A stretch of DNA of 31,519 nt from Octopus sinensis. Taxonomy: Eukaryota. Shown here piece after piece: positions 1-12,238 of the stretch (position 1 is its first letter; every line of letters starts with the position of its first letter). Position numbers and translations under genes: made by a program. The stretch is taken from NCBI RefSeq assembly GCF_006345805.1, contig NW_021832183.1, forward strand, positions 1 to 31,519. Reading direction: 5' to 3'. Below the pieces are notes generated by a model. The model saw only the letters and a list, made by a program, of their open reading frames with translations, was not told the DNA's origin and searched no databases.

Positions 1-149
1 TGCTACACCCCATTTTCAGCCAAAAGTATACCAATTTCAACGGATTCACCCAATTTGACGTCAATGTTACTTAGTTTTGTTTGAAATAAAGAACTTGATT
101 AGCTTAATAATCCTAACTTAATCCCGGGCAAAGCCGGGCTATAGTGCTA

Positions 150-150
<1 letters not shown>
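1..150 (+). mobile_element. Helitron-like 3' terminus (element continues off the window start)
   Basis: GC hairpin CCCGG-gcaaag-CCGGG (123-138), then CTAG (147-150) 8 nt later, followed by T: the canonical Helitron 3' end. Confidence 0.65.
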
Positions 151-186
<36 letters not shown>

Positions 187-577
187 CATTCGGAGTTTTC
201 TTTCTTCAGTCAAGTTCCAGATTATCTTTGAAATTTCGGGTGGTGGTACTCGAGGTTGCTCCAAACTAGCCAGTCCCAAGGAAAAAACTAAGCTAACAGA
301 ACTAGATTCCTTGGAATAAAAGCAGCGAATGTATACGAAAAAAACCCGGAGAAATGGTACACAAATACAAATGCAAAGAAAGGACATAACAACAGGTGTC
401 TTTCGACTGACGACGAATTAAATTAAGCTGGCGTGTGTGGAAGTAAAACCTTACGGCAGGGACATAAGAGATGACGGGCATAGGGGGGAATATAGATGAG
501 GCACGGATGGTGGTCGACTATATATATATATAAAGAGAGAGAGAGAGAGAGAGAAAGATACATATACATATATATCT

Positions 578-989
578 ATTCTTTTATTTGCTTCAGTCAT
601 TTGACTGCGGCCATGCTGGAACACCGCCTTTAGTCGAGCAAATCGACCCCAGGACTTATTGTTAGTGAGCCTAGTACTTATTCTATCGGTATCTTTTGCC
701 GAACCACTAAGTTACGGGAACGTAAACACACCAGCATCAGACACACCAACATCGGTTGTCAAGCGATGGTAGGGGACAAACAGATACGCAAACATACACA
801 CACACACACAAATATATATATATATACGACGGGCTTCTTTCAGTTTCCATCTACCAAATCCACTCACAAGACTTTGGTCGGCCCGAGGCTATAGTAGAAG
901 GCACATGCCCAAGGTGACACGCAGTGGGACTGAACCCGGAACCATGTGGTTGGTAAACAAGCTTCTTACCACACACCCACTCCTGCGCC
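578..989 (-). mobile_element. SINE family A (tRNA-derived head, CORE-like domain, internal TA/TG microsatellite), full length
   Basis: Reverse complement of the copies at 7281 and 28490: GGCGCAGGAGTG head, B-box-like GGTTCAGTCCC, CCTTGGGCA core, tail ...CAAATGACTGAA. Confidence 0.9.
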
Positions 990-1024
990 TATGAGCGATG
1001 TGAGGGATATTTGACTGCTATTTC

Positions 1025-1064
<40 letters not shown>

Positions 1065-1303
1065 TGTGTATAGGATAGAAATATTTTAAATAAAAGAGAA
1101 ATCAGTAGAAAGATATGACGGCTACTAATCTGATTGGAAAGCTCTCCCACCCTCGCCGCCGTCATCGCTGCCATCACCGCCATTGCCGTCACCATTTCCA
1201 CCACCGTCGACACCATCTCTGCAATCACCAGCATCAAATGCCCCCACCGTTAGTCCCTACTCCTACTACTACTCGTAATTCTTATAATAGTTATAACAAT
1301 CAG

Positions 1304-1431
1304 ATAGTAGTAGTAGTAGTAGTAGTAGCAGCAGCAGCAGCAGTAGCAGTAGTGGTGGTAGTAGTAGTAGTAGTAGTAGCAGCAGCAGCAGCAGCATTAG
1401 TAGTTGTAGTAGTAGTAGTAGTAGTAGTAGT

Positions 1432-1487
<56 letters not shown>

Positions 1488-1700
1488 CAGCAGCAGCAGT
1501 AGTAGTAGTTGTAGTAGTAGTAGTAGTAGTTGTAGTGGCAGCAGCAGCAGTAGTAGTAGTTGTAGTTGTAGTAGCAGCAGCAGTAGTAGTAGTAATAGTA
1601 GTAGTAGTAGTAGTAGGTGGTGGTGATAGTTTTTGGTGAAGAGAGGAGTGAAGATGTACAGCAGCTACAAAAGTAGTAATAGTAGTAGTAATGGTAGAGG
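1304..1700. repeat. (TAG)n/(CAG)n compound trinucleotide microsatellite
   Basis: Directly visible; source of the poly-V/poly-A ORF at 1115-1639. Confidence 0.95.
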
Positions 1701-1884
1701 GAGGAGGAGGAGGAGGAGGAGGAGATTCATCAGTAGTAGTAATAGCAATGGGGAAATATGTTCACTGGACCGTAACATCGTGTAATGCCGCGTATTTAGT
1801 ATATTCATTTATGATTTCCGTTACACTTGGTTAAATAAATACAATTACTGACAAACCAACGCTGTCAACCATTGAACCAACGTG

Positions 1885-2560
1885 AACAACCAGCCAACCA
1901 GCCAGCCAGCCAACTAACTAACCAACCGACCGACCAGCCAACCAGCCAACCAACCAACCGTCCGATCGACCGACCGACCGACCAACCGACCGACCGACCG
2001 ACCAACCGACCAACCGACCGACCAACCGACCGACCGACCAACCAACCAACCGACCGACCGACCGACCGACCAACCGATCGACTGACCAACCGACCTACCA
2101 ACCAACCGACCGACCGACCGACCAACCAACCAACCAACCAACCAACCAACCGACCGACCGACCAACCGATCGACTGACCAACCGACCTACCAACCAACCA
2201 ACCAACCGACCGACCGACCGACCAGCCAACCGACCGACCGACCGACCAACCGACCGACCGACCAACCAACCAACCAACCGACCGACCGACCGACCGACCG
2301 ACCAACCAACCAACTAACCGACCGGCCGACCGACCGACCAACCGACCAACCGACCGACCGACCAACCGACCGACCGACCGACCGACCGACCGACCGACCA
2401 ACCAACCAACCAACCGACCAACCAACCAACCGTCCGACCGACCGACCGACCAACCAACCAACTAACCGACCGGCCGACCGACCGACCAACCGATCAACCG
2501 ACCGACCGACCGACCGACCGACCGACCGACCGACCAACCGATCAACTGTCCAACCAATCA
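1885..2560. repeat. (CCGA/CCAA)n compound tetranucleotide array with internal block duplications
   Basis: Directly visible; variant blocks recur (CCGATCGACTGACCAACCGACCTACC near 2075 and 2166; ACTAACCGACCGGCCG near 2313 and 2461). Confidence 0.95.
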
Positions 2561-2602
2561 ATGCTCTTCAAATGTAGGCGGTCCCCTATATGTCAGCTAA
2601 TA

Positions 2603-2975
2603 GGCCCAGGCGTGGCTGTGTGGTAAGATGCTAGCTTCCCAACCACATGGTTCTGAGTTCAGTCCAACTGCTAGACACCTTGAGCAAGTGTCTTCTGCTA
2701 TAGCCTCGGATCGACTAAAGCCTTGTGAGTGGATTTGGTAGATGGAAAATGAAAGAAGCCTGTCGTATGTATGCATGTGTGTGTGTGTATGTTTGTGTCT
2801 GCGTTTGTCCCCCATCTCCGCCTGACAACCGGTGTTTGTGTATTTACATCCCCGTAACTTAGCGGCTCTACTAGGCAGGAAAAACAATGTCCTGGAGTCG
2901 ATTTGTTCGACTAAGACCGTTCAAGGCGGTGCCCCAGCATGGCCAATGACTGAAAACAACAAGAAACGAAAAGAC
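2603..2975 (+). mobile_element. SINE family A, diverged full-length copy
   Basis: GGCCCAGGCGTGGCTGTGTGGTAAG head, CCTTGAGCAAGTGTCTTC core, GGCGGTGCCCCAGCATGGCC-AATGACTGAAA tail. Confidence 0.88.
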
Positions 2976-3134
2976 GAAAGATAATGTAGTCCTATTTAAC
3001 CTGCAGGCTGGGTCAGCACCAAAAACTCAACATTGGACGTGAATAAGGACCAAAGTATTCCAAGATGTTTGTTGTTATCATTGCTGCTCTCTCTCTCTCT
3101 CCCTCTCTCTCTCACCCTCTATCTATCTCTCCCC

Positions 3135-3178
<44 letters not shown>

Positions 3179-3242
3179 CGTCATCCACCAAAACCTTTTT
3201 CAAGTGAGGATCATCTTATATTTTTATGTATTGGTTTAAGGG

Positions 3243-3640
3243 GTTAGCACGCCAGGCGAAATGCGTAGCCGTATTTCGTCTGCCGTTCCGTTCTGAGTTC
3301 AAATTCCGCCGAGGTCGACTTTGCCTTTTATCCTTTCGGGGTCGATAAATTAAGTACCAGTTACGCACTGGTGTCGATATAATCGACTTAATCCGTTTGT
3401 CTGTCCTTGTTCGTCCCCCTCTGTGTTTAGCTCCTTGTGGTTAGTAAAGAAATAGGTATTTCGTCTGCCGATACGTTCTGAGTTCAAAATCCTCCGAGGT
3501 CGTCTTTGCCTTTCATCTTTTCGAGGTCGATTAAATAAGAACCAGTTACACACTGGGGTCGATGTAATCGACTGAATCCGTTTACCTGACCTTGTTTGTC
3601 CCCTCTATGTTTAGCCTCCTATGGGCAATAAAGAAATAAA
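3243..3640 (+). mobile_element. SINE family B (tRNA-like head, Meta/MESC-like central domain), tandem dimer
   Basis: Two copies of GTTCTGAGTTCAAA...GAGGTCG.CTTTGCCTTT.ATC.TTTCG.GGTCGAT...ACCAGTTAC; junction AAAGAAATA|GGTATTTCGTCTG near 3455. Confidence 0.9.
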
Positions 3641-3774
3641 ATTAAGTATTAACCATTCCTGAACGTTTTACACATAGCGAGGTGGTGCACCATCCTATTT
3701 AAAGTAGAAAGCTATAAAACTGAAACAAATAAGAAAGGGTGTTACTTCTGTGGTACCCTGTATATTGGTGTCAA

Positions 3775-3910
3775 AGTTTGGCATAAGATCCGCAAGTTCA
3801 GCGGCGGGGGTCAGTCGACTACAAGACCTCGAAAGAATGAAAGACGAACTCGATGGATTTTAAGCTCAAAAGGTGAAAACGGACGAAATACTGCTAAGCG
3901 TTTCGCAGGC
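3775..3910 (-). mobile_element. SINE family B, degenerate fragment
   Basis: GACGAAATACTGCTAAGC and TTTGGCATAAG match the reverse complement of family B head and tail variant 2. Confidence 0.6.
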
Positions 3911-4298
3911 GTTACCACTTGATGTCCCTACAGACGATAGTGTGTGGCTTGAGGTCAGTTTAGTTGATATTGCTAACCGGATTGGTGCGGTCGCATGGGC
4001 ACTCCTTGGTTCTCTGGTGAGGATTGCTGGGAAATTTATAAGTGCGTAAAGTATTGATAATTTAAGTCAAGCGGGAATTTTTGACATTTATGATATTTTC
4101 GTAAATACATAAAACATCTATATCTACGTACATGCACACACTCGTACTCACTCGCACGGGTGTACGTACATATATGTATGCATTCCTCACGCTCCACACA
4201 AACATACATAGGTATACAAGTATATATCTATATATAATATATATATAATATCCAAATAAACACTTATACCACCATACACATATATAAACATATATATA

Positions 4299-4349
<51 letters not shown>

Positions 4350-5202
4350 ATTAATAAATATATCGCATATATATATATATATATAATATATATATATAGA
4401 TGTATATGTATGTTAATGTGTATATATAATACACGTATATGTATGTAAATATGTATGTATAAAATTTATACATATTTACACACACACACATATATGTACG
4501 CGCGTATGTATGTATTATGTATGTATGTATGTATTATATATTCGTATATACGAGCAACAGTTATTCTTTTATACTTCCCATTGAAATACACGACTATGCG
4601 AAAGTTTTAGCTTTTTCATGTTAGATTTTTTCATATTTTCGTATTAGTCTTTTACAGTTGATTCGGAACAATAAAATTTCTAAACTCATATTCGACGTTT
4701 CCGCATCTTCACAGTCCTGTTTCCAAGAATTGAATATCTTTGATGCATGTGTTGTTTCCCGTATTCTGTTTCACTTCACGCAGACTTTCCCTACCCGTTT
4801 CTTGTATTCATTTGGTATATTTATATCAGTAGTTACATGTTGATCCGTTTGTTGTGGTCAAACTTTTGATCATTAGGTCAATCATTTTCCCGGCAGATGA
4901 AACGACATTGGCCTTCTTTGGAACAGGCGAGGAAGGTTGTTTCCACTGCATCTATTGTCTCTTTGTCTCTGGCCCAAAGTGATGAACCCGATACCCATCC
5001 TGGGTTGGGAACCGTTCAAGGAAACCAGCTGAATATCGAATAATGTTAGATTTTCTTGTGATATGATCATCCTGTGGCGCTTTTGATCAGGTGTCAAAAA
5101 GACGTGGCAACCACCAAGTAGAATTTTTCGTCATCCCAAGTTCATTGTGCAGAATATTTTCAACTTTCTAACGGGATATGCTAATAGTACTGACCATTTG
5201 AT

Positions 5203-5432
5203 TTAACCCATTTGTTACCATATTTCTGTTGAGATGCTTTATGTTTCTTTCAATTAATATTAAATGAAAAAAAGAATTTAGTAAAATAATTTAGTTATCA
5301 TTAAACTAGTGTTAGGGACATAAATTGTGACTAAGATTTGGTGAAAGATTCTAATTCAGAACTTTTGCAAACAAGACATTTGTACTACAGAGCCAGAGGC
5401 AGTTTCAGGCGGGTTGGTATCAAAAAGGTTAA
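5203..5432. mobile_element. TTAA-flanked piggyBac-like MITE, complete copy
   Basis: TTAA (5203-5206)-CCCATTTGTTACC ... GGTATCAAAAAGG-TTAA (5429-5432): imperfect 13-bp TIRs with a TTAA target duplication. Confidence 0.75.
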
Positions 5433-5455
5433 GAATTGTTTCTCTATTATATATC

Positions 5456-5660
5456 TTAACCCTTTTGTTACCATATTTCTGTTGAAATGTTCTGTGTTCC
5501 TTTCAATTCATTTTAAATATAACAAAGAATTTAGTAAAATAATTTAGTTATTAAGCTAGTGCTAGGAACATAAATTGTGACTAAGGTTTGGTGAAAGATT
5601 CTAATTCAGAACTTTTGCAAACAAGACATTTGTACTACGGAGCCAGGGGCGGTTTCAGGC
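5456..5660. mobile_element. Second, right-truncated copy of the TTAA MITE
   Basis: TTAA-CCCTTTTGTTACC start; closely similar to 5203-5410; ends abruptly at GGTTTCAGGC where mariner sequence resumes. Confidence 0.8.
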
Positions 5661-6105
5661 AATCGCCTGTCATCCGTCACCCGTCATTATGTGGTGAGCA
5701 CAATCAACGCCTTCCTTGGTGGTGGAAATTACATAAGGTCCAAAGGCTGCGTCATCTTCAAGACTCCATTTCCTTCCTAAATTCAGGTGCCTCCTGTTTC
5801 ATTGTTGATAAACATAGTGTATCATTTCCTAATGTATCAACCATGTCAGCATCAATGTCCTTCGGGGTTAAACCCTTTTTCTTTTTTTCTTTTGCAGGCA
5901 TTTGATAAAATCACGATGCCAAGATTTGTCCATTTTCAAGAGAAGTCGCTACTAGTTATGTCTGAAGCCTTCTTTAACTTTGAGATGTAAGTTTACCTGG
6001 AAAGAAACGATGCAAGTATTAATAAGAAAAACTGAAATTAATGCATGCAAGATTTCACACTTCTAGCATCACTCTTTCTTTGTCAGTCTATGAACTTTGT
6101 ATATA

Positions 6106-6480
6106 CACTACCGTCAGAAATTAATTAGCACCCTTGATTTGCTCTTCACTCAAGGTATGTGCTGTCACCTAGTGGCCATATCTCGAACTATTGCTTTGTT
6201 GCGAGTTCACTGTTGCGCAGAACGATGACGTAACTTTGTTTGCAGAGCAGTTTGAGAGTCTACAGCCTTATGATGTGACATAGCAGTGCAACAAATTGGA
6301 GTGCGGATGCAGACAAATCTTCCTTTGTTAATAGATATAGGTAGCGCTTCGCAAGGACCGAAATCACACCATACTAAGTTTTCTCATCGCGTAAGACGTT
6401 TTGAACAGCTCATAGGTTAATTGATTTAACCTATTTAATGTAGAAATTTGAGAAGTGCTAATTAATTTCTGACGCAAGTG
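6106..6480. mobile_element. Tc1/mariner-type MITE, 375 bp
   Basis: 26-bp TIRs CACTACCGTCAGAAATTAATTAGCAC / GTGCTAATTAATTTCTGACGCAAGTG (24/26 match), with TA on both sides (6104-6105, 6481-6482). Confidence 0.88.
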
Positions 6481-6483
6481 TAT

Positions 6484-6517
<34 letters not shown>

Positions 6518-6708
6518 AATACATATATATATATACAATATATATGTTCGAAATGAGGAGTAGATAGATAAGCGACAACTGATGAAGGGTCCTTTCTCTG
6601 TTTTTGCTTGTCTTGTTTTCCTTTTTTTCTCGTTGTTTACGTATTTCATGTTATTGCACTGTTCGTGACGTTCTGTACACATATATGCGTGTGTATATAT
6701 ATATGGAC

Positions 6709-6742
<34 letters not shown>

Positions 6743-7280
6743 ATATGATTGTGATACAACAATGGACCAATATTTACTGGAAATAGCAGTCGATAATATA
6801 TGGAACTATAATAAAGCTTCACTGTATATATTGGGAAAAAAGATGTGTGCGGGTGACGAACATAGAAATTTTCATCTTACCTGTAGGAAGAAAACCAGAT
6901 AAATGTCCAACCCAGATGTGGATAATCTAGGACCTGGATTTCGAACTCCTCAAGATACGTTTGTTAACGTAAAGTTGATTAGTACTCCTCAGCTAGATTT
7001 ACCTGAACAAAATTTCAAATGTTGCCACATCAATGCCACTATGCTCGCTTCAAAGCTTGGTCACTAACAGCAGCAAGAATAATGAAAATGCTTTCAAAGA
7101 ACTCAAAATAGTGCAATATAAATATATTGTTTTCCAGTAAAAAGTAGCACCATACGGTATGCATATAAATATAGAATGGTGGTACATATATATAGATAGG
7201 TAGATGTATATATAAACATATACTACACACATATATACATATACATGTATATCAATGTCTAAAAATATGCATATATACAA

Positions 7281-7690
7281 GGCGCAGGTGTGGCTGCGTG
7301 GTAAGTAGCTTGCTAACCAACCACATGGTTCCGGGTTCAGTCCCACTGCGTGGCACCTTGGGCAAGTGTCTTCTGCTATAGCCCCGGGCCGACCAATGCC
7401 TTGTGAGTGGATTTGGTAGACGGAAACTGTAAGAAGCCTGTCGTATATATATATATATATATATGTGTGTGTATGTGTTTGTGTGTCTGTGTTTGTCCCC
7501 CTAGCATTGCTTGACAACCGATGCTGGTGTGTGCTTACGTCCCCGTCACTTAGCGGTTCGGCAAAAAGAGACCGATAGAATAAGTACTGGGCTTACAAAA
7601 GAATAAGTCCCGGGGGTCGATTTGCCCGACTAAAAGCGGTGCTCCAGCATGGCCGCCGCAGTCAAAATGACTGGAACAAGTAAAAGAGAG
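7281..7690 (+). mobile_element. SINE family A, full length, little diverged
   Basis: GGCGCAGGTGTGGCTGCGTGGTAAG...GGTTCAGTCCC...CCTTGGGCAAGTG...ATGACTGGAACAAGTAAAAGAG; near-identical to the copies at 20165 and 28490. Confidence 0.92.
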
Positions 7691-7989
7691 AAAGAGAGAT
7701 GCACACGCGCATAAAATATGTACATACATGCACACACACACACACACACATACATTTGTGGTTGTGTGTATGAGTGTGTGTGTGTGTGTATGTTTTTTTT
7801 GTGTGTGTGGGTGTGTAATTCGAAATGAAATTCTGTGGATATTAACCCGAGCAACTGACTCATATCCCTAAGAACTCAATCCTATTCCCACTGACCTACT
7901 GAATTCAACGTTTGTAATAGATCGTGGCAACAGCTGTATTGGTAGCGTTGGGAGGGTCGTGGGGTTATGGGGTTAGCCTTTGTGGTACC

Positions 7990-8527
7990 AATAACAGTAA
8001 TAATAATAATAATGATAATAATGATAAAAATAATAGTAGTAGTAGTTGTTGTTGTTGTAGTAGTAGTCGTGGTAGTAGTGGTAGTAGTAGTAGTGGTAGT
8101 AGTAGTAGTGGTAGTAGTAGTAGTGGTAGTATTAGTAGTAGTAGTAGTAGTAGTGGTAGTAGTAGTAGTTGTATTAGTAGTAGTAGTAGTGGTAGTAGTA
8201 GTAGTTGTATTAGTAGTAGTAGTAGTAGTTGTATTAGTAGTAGTAGTAGTAGTAGTGGTAGTAGTGGTAGTAGTGGTAGTAGTGGTAGTAGTAGTAGTAG
8301 TAGTAGTTGTATTAGTAGTAGTAGTGGTAGTAGTAGTAGTTGTATTATTATTATTATTATTAGTAGTAGTAGTAGTGGTAGTAGTAGTAGTAGTGGTAGT
8401 AGTAGTAGTAGTAGTAGTAGTGTGGTGGTAGTAGTAGTAGTGGTAGTAGTGGTGTGGTGGTGGTAGTAGTAGTAGTAGTAGTGGTAGTGGCGGTAGTAGT
8501 AGTAGCAGTAGTAGTAGTAGTAGTAGT
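7990..8527. repeat. (TAA)n grading into (TAG/TGG)n microsatellite
   Basis: Directly visible; source of poly-S/poly-V ORFs. Confidence 0.95.
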
Positions 8528-8681
8528 CTTTCTGGTTAATGTCGTTGGTAAGCTAACTCATATGTGTGTGGGTGGGTGTTGTGTGTTGTGTGTTGTGCGT
8601 GTATGTGTATGTGTATGTATGGGTGCTATATATACATACATACATACAGACAGACATATAAGTATATATGTGTGAGTGTGT

Positions 8682-8794
8682 GCGGTACAAAGATTGCTTC
8701 CCAACCACATGGGAACTTGCCCAAGGGACCACGCAGAGGGTCTGAACCCAGAACCATGTGGTTGGGAAGTAAGCTTCTTACTACACAGCACGCC

Positions 8795-8796
<2 letters not shown>
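8682..8796 (-). mobile_element. SINE A head fragment (minus) abutting an inverted short head fragment (plus)
   Basis: TTGCTTCCCAACCACATGG (8694-8712) is nearly the reverse complement of CCATGTGGTTGGGAAGTAA (8754-8772). Confidence 0.7.
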
Positions 8797-8836
<40 letters not shown>

Positions 8837-8888
8837 TATATAGTATATATATATATACACCTTCTAGCTCTCTCTCTCTCTCTCTCTC

Positions 8889-8947
<59 letters not shown>

Positions 8948-9065
8948 TATGTATGTATATAATAACTATTTCCTAATCTCCGGTTCTTTTCTTCTTTTAA
9001 ATGGATATAAACTGTATGCTTTATGTATAGCTATTATTCTAAGAAAATATAATTCCTCTAAAACA

Positions 9066-9170
9066 CTAAGTCCTGGGGTCGATTTTGCTCGAATAAAGGC
9101 GGTGCTCCAGCATGGGTGTAGTCAAATGACTGAAACAAGTAAAAAAGTAAAAGAGAGTAAAAGAGTAAAA
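9066..9170 (+). mobile_element. SINE A 3' fragment
   Basis: TAAGTCCTGGGGTCGATTTTGCTCGA...GGCGGTGCTCCAGCATGG...AATGACTGAAACAAGTAAAA. Confidence 0.85.
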
Positions 9171-9304
9171 TATCGGTTATATATTTGTATATATATATAT
9201 ATATATATATATAACAACTTTTAAGCCATAAAATGTAGTCAAGTGGGCTGTATATGCAGATTGTCAAATCTATTCTCTGGTAAATATATATATATATATA
9301 TATG

Positions 9305-9339
<35 letters not shown>

Positions 9340-9481
9340 ATTACGGAGATGCACTCGCATAGCAAGTAATTTGATCTGAGACCGTGTGCTGAAACGAAAA
9401 CAATTGCAGCGTGGAAGGTGTTTATAAGCCATTTAAGAAACACACAAAAGCCGTTCGATTCACTTCAACATTTAAGTTTAA

Positions 9482-9531
9482 TTTGTCAAAATATTTTCGT
9501 CGCTAAAATCCGCGACCTGTTCACTGACAAA
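9482..9531 (-). ncRNA. Minimal type-I hammerhead ribozyme candidate, G3-C8 core variant, in a ~200-bp TA-embedded element (about 9337-9544)
   Basis: Minus strand: UUUGUCA GUGAACA G GUCGC GGAUUUUA GCGAC GAAA AUAU UU UGACAAA. 7-bp stem I, 5-bp stem II, GAAA, palindromic AAUAUU stem III. Confidence 0.7.
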
Positions 9532-10053
9532 AATCCGTGCTGCATATATATATATATATAACAACTTTTAAGCCATAAAATGTAGTCAAGTGGACTGTAT
9601 ATGCAGATTGTCAAATCTATTCTCTGGTAAATATGTTTTCAAAGGCATAGACACCAAATTACAATGTTACTTTTCTGCGCTACAAAATGCCGATTTTAGC
9701 AATTAGATATTTTACAAGGGGTGCTCCTTCAAATATAACAAACCCACAAAGAGAAGTATAAAATGTTTCAATTCGAGTAAACATCCACAGAACATTATTA
9801 GAACCTTCCGGTCATTATTAGATATACAACGTCCATTCACCGGAAACGGAAATCCGCTATTGCTGCTCGGACGACATCACTTTGTAGTTCATAGTTCATA
9901 GAACACGACCTCAAACACAGAGCCAAAACTCCTTTATAATTGCAAGTTTGTAATCGCAAAGCCATCAGTACTGACCATTAAATGTATTATATCTTCTTAA
10001 AGCGTTGTTATTCAGAAATACTATAATATAGACGGTAACTCGATGAATATTAG

Positions 10054-10285
10054 GGCGGCAAGCTGGCAGAATCGTTAGCACGCCGGGCGAAATGCTTAGC
10101 AGTATTTCGTCTGCCGCTACGTTCTGAGTTCAAATTCCGCCGAGGCCGACTTTGTCTTTCATCCTTTCGGGGTCGATTAACTAAGTACCAGTTACGCACT
10201 GGGGTCGATATAATCGACTTAATCCGTTTATCTGTCCTTGTTTGTCCTCTCTGTGTTTAGCCCCTTGTGGGTAGTAAAGAAATAA
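10054..10285 (+). mobile_element. SINE family B, full length, tail variant 1
   Basis: GGCGGCAAGCTGGCAGAATCGTTAGC head to GTAAAGAAATAA; perfect 18-bp TSD GGTAACTCGATGAATATT at 10034-10051 and 10286-10303. Confidence 0.95.
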
Positions 10286-10721
10286 GGTAACTCGATGAAT
10301 ATTTTCGGACTGAGAAAGGCAGATTCAATCAGATACAAATACTTTTTCAGAGACAGGGATAGAAACAACATCGCCTGTTCATCACACCAGGTTTGGACAA
10401 TGAGAAATAGTGGAAGTGAAAACGCTTCCGTAGCCCGAAGCATGCGTGATACTGCAATCCCGTGCATCAATTTGAACGAACAAATTACTTTATGGTTGTT
10501 TTCGGAAGTCTGCATTTATAACCCAAGAACAATGGTAACTGAAGAGAAGGGATACTATCTTGAAACATTGCTGAAGAAGGCAATAATTTTGTTCGAAAAT
10601 CTTCAGATATAAACAATTCGGCCTTCATTGGGTGGAGGTACAATGGATTGATTGATTGATTGAAAGATAGATTAATAAATAGATAGATAAACAGATAGAT
10701 AGATAGATAGATAGATAGATA

Positions 10722-11818
<1,097 letters not shown>

Positions 11819-11990
11819 GTACATTGAGTGGAGGTACAAACTCAATTACTTTCCCTTTACTCCTATCATTTTCGGAGAACACCAAAGCTCAAAATCTGAC
11901 CTGTACAAATCAATGACAGCCAGGAACTGGTGGCAATTCCATCCAACATGTTCGATATCAGCATTCATTTCTTGATACTTATAAAGGTTA

Positions 11991-12238
11991 AGGCAGCGAG
12001 CTGGCAGAAACGTTAGCAGTAATTCGTCTGTTAGCGGTATTTCGGCCAGAAACGTGGGCGAAATGCTTAGCGGTATTTCGTCTGTCTTTACGTTCTCAGT
12101 TCAAATTCCACCGAGGTTGACTTGACCCTCCATCCTTCCGGAATAGATAAATTAAGTATCAGTTGCGTACTGGGGTCTATCTAATCGACTGGACCCCTCC
12201 TCCAAAATTTCGGGCCTTGTGCCTAAAGTAGAAACGGA
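11991..12238 (+). mobile_element. SINE family B, tail variant 2, with rearranged/duplicated head
   Basis: GGCAGCGAGCTGGCAGAAACGTTAGC...CCCCTCCTCCAAAATTTCGGGCCTTGTGCCTAAAGTAGAAA; flanking repeat ATAAAGGTT (11981-11989, 12244-12252). Confidence 0.88.

Larger units (their letters stand above)
4880..6100 (-). mobile_element. Decayed mariner-family transposon (5' half of transposase), split by a MITE pair
   Basis: Minus-strand translation from ATG at 5933, across frameshifts: MDKSWHRDFIKCL..GLTPKDIDADMVDTLG..LEDD..DDRR (to 5661). It resumes near 5195: ENILHNELGMTK..WLPRL/LTPDQK..FLERFPTQDGYRVHHFGPETKRQ*MQWK..SSAGKMI. These match the mariner WVPHEL linker and first catalytic D (TGDEKW-like) region. 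Confidence 0.88.

Noticed and set aside
185-520. TA-flanked ~335-bp segment with CTGAAGA (minus) and CTGACGA (plus) motifs
   Set aside because: Probably a dispersed repeat, but no complete ribozyme fold, TIR or second copy is present in the window.
3660-3762. ACCCTG-TA end resembling a Tc1/mariner TIR
   Set aside because: No partner TIR was found in the window.
6572-6600. CTGATGAAGGG motif in a TA-embedded fragment
   Set aside because: No stem II followed by GAAA and no cleavage triplet; at most a truncated Penelope-like end.
7281-7350. tRNA genes at SINE heads
   Set aside because: A/B-box-like sequence is present, but there is no full cloverleaf and it always continues into the SINE body.
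10571-10610. CTGAAGA-AGGCAA...TTGTTC-GAAA-ATCT-TC hammerhead-like string
   Set aside because: No stem I can form, the base of stem II is mismatched, and CTGAAGA pairs with downstream TCTTCAG instead.
10295-10612. 105-aa non-repetitive ORF
   Set aside because: It starts inside a SINE TSD and has no recognisable motif; it cannot be assigned without a search.
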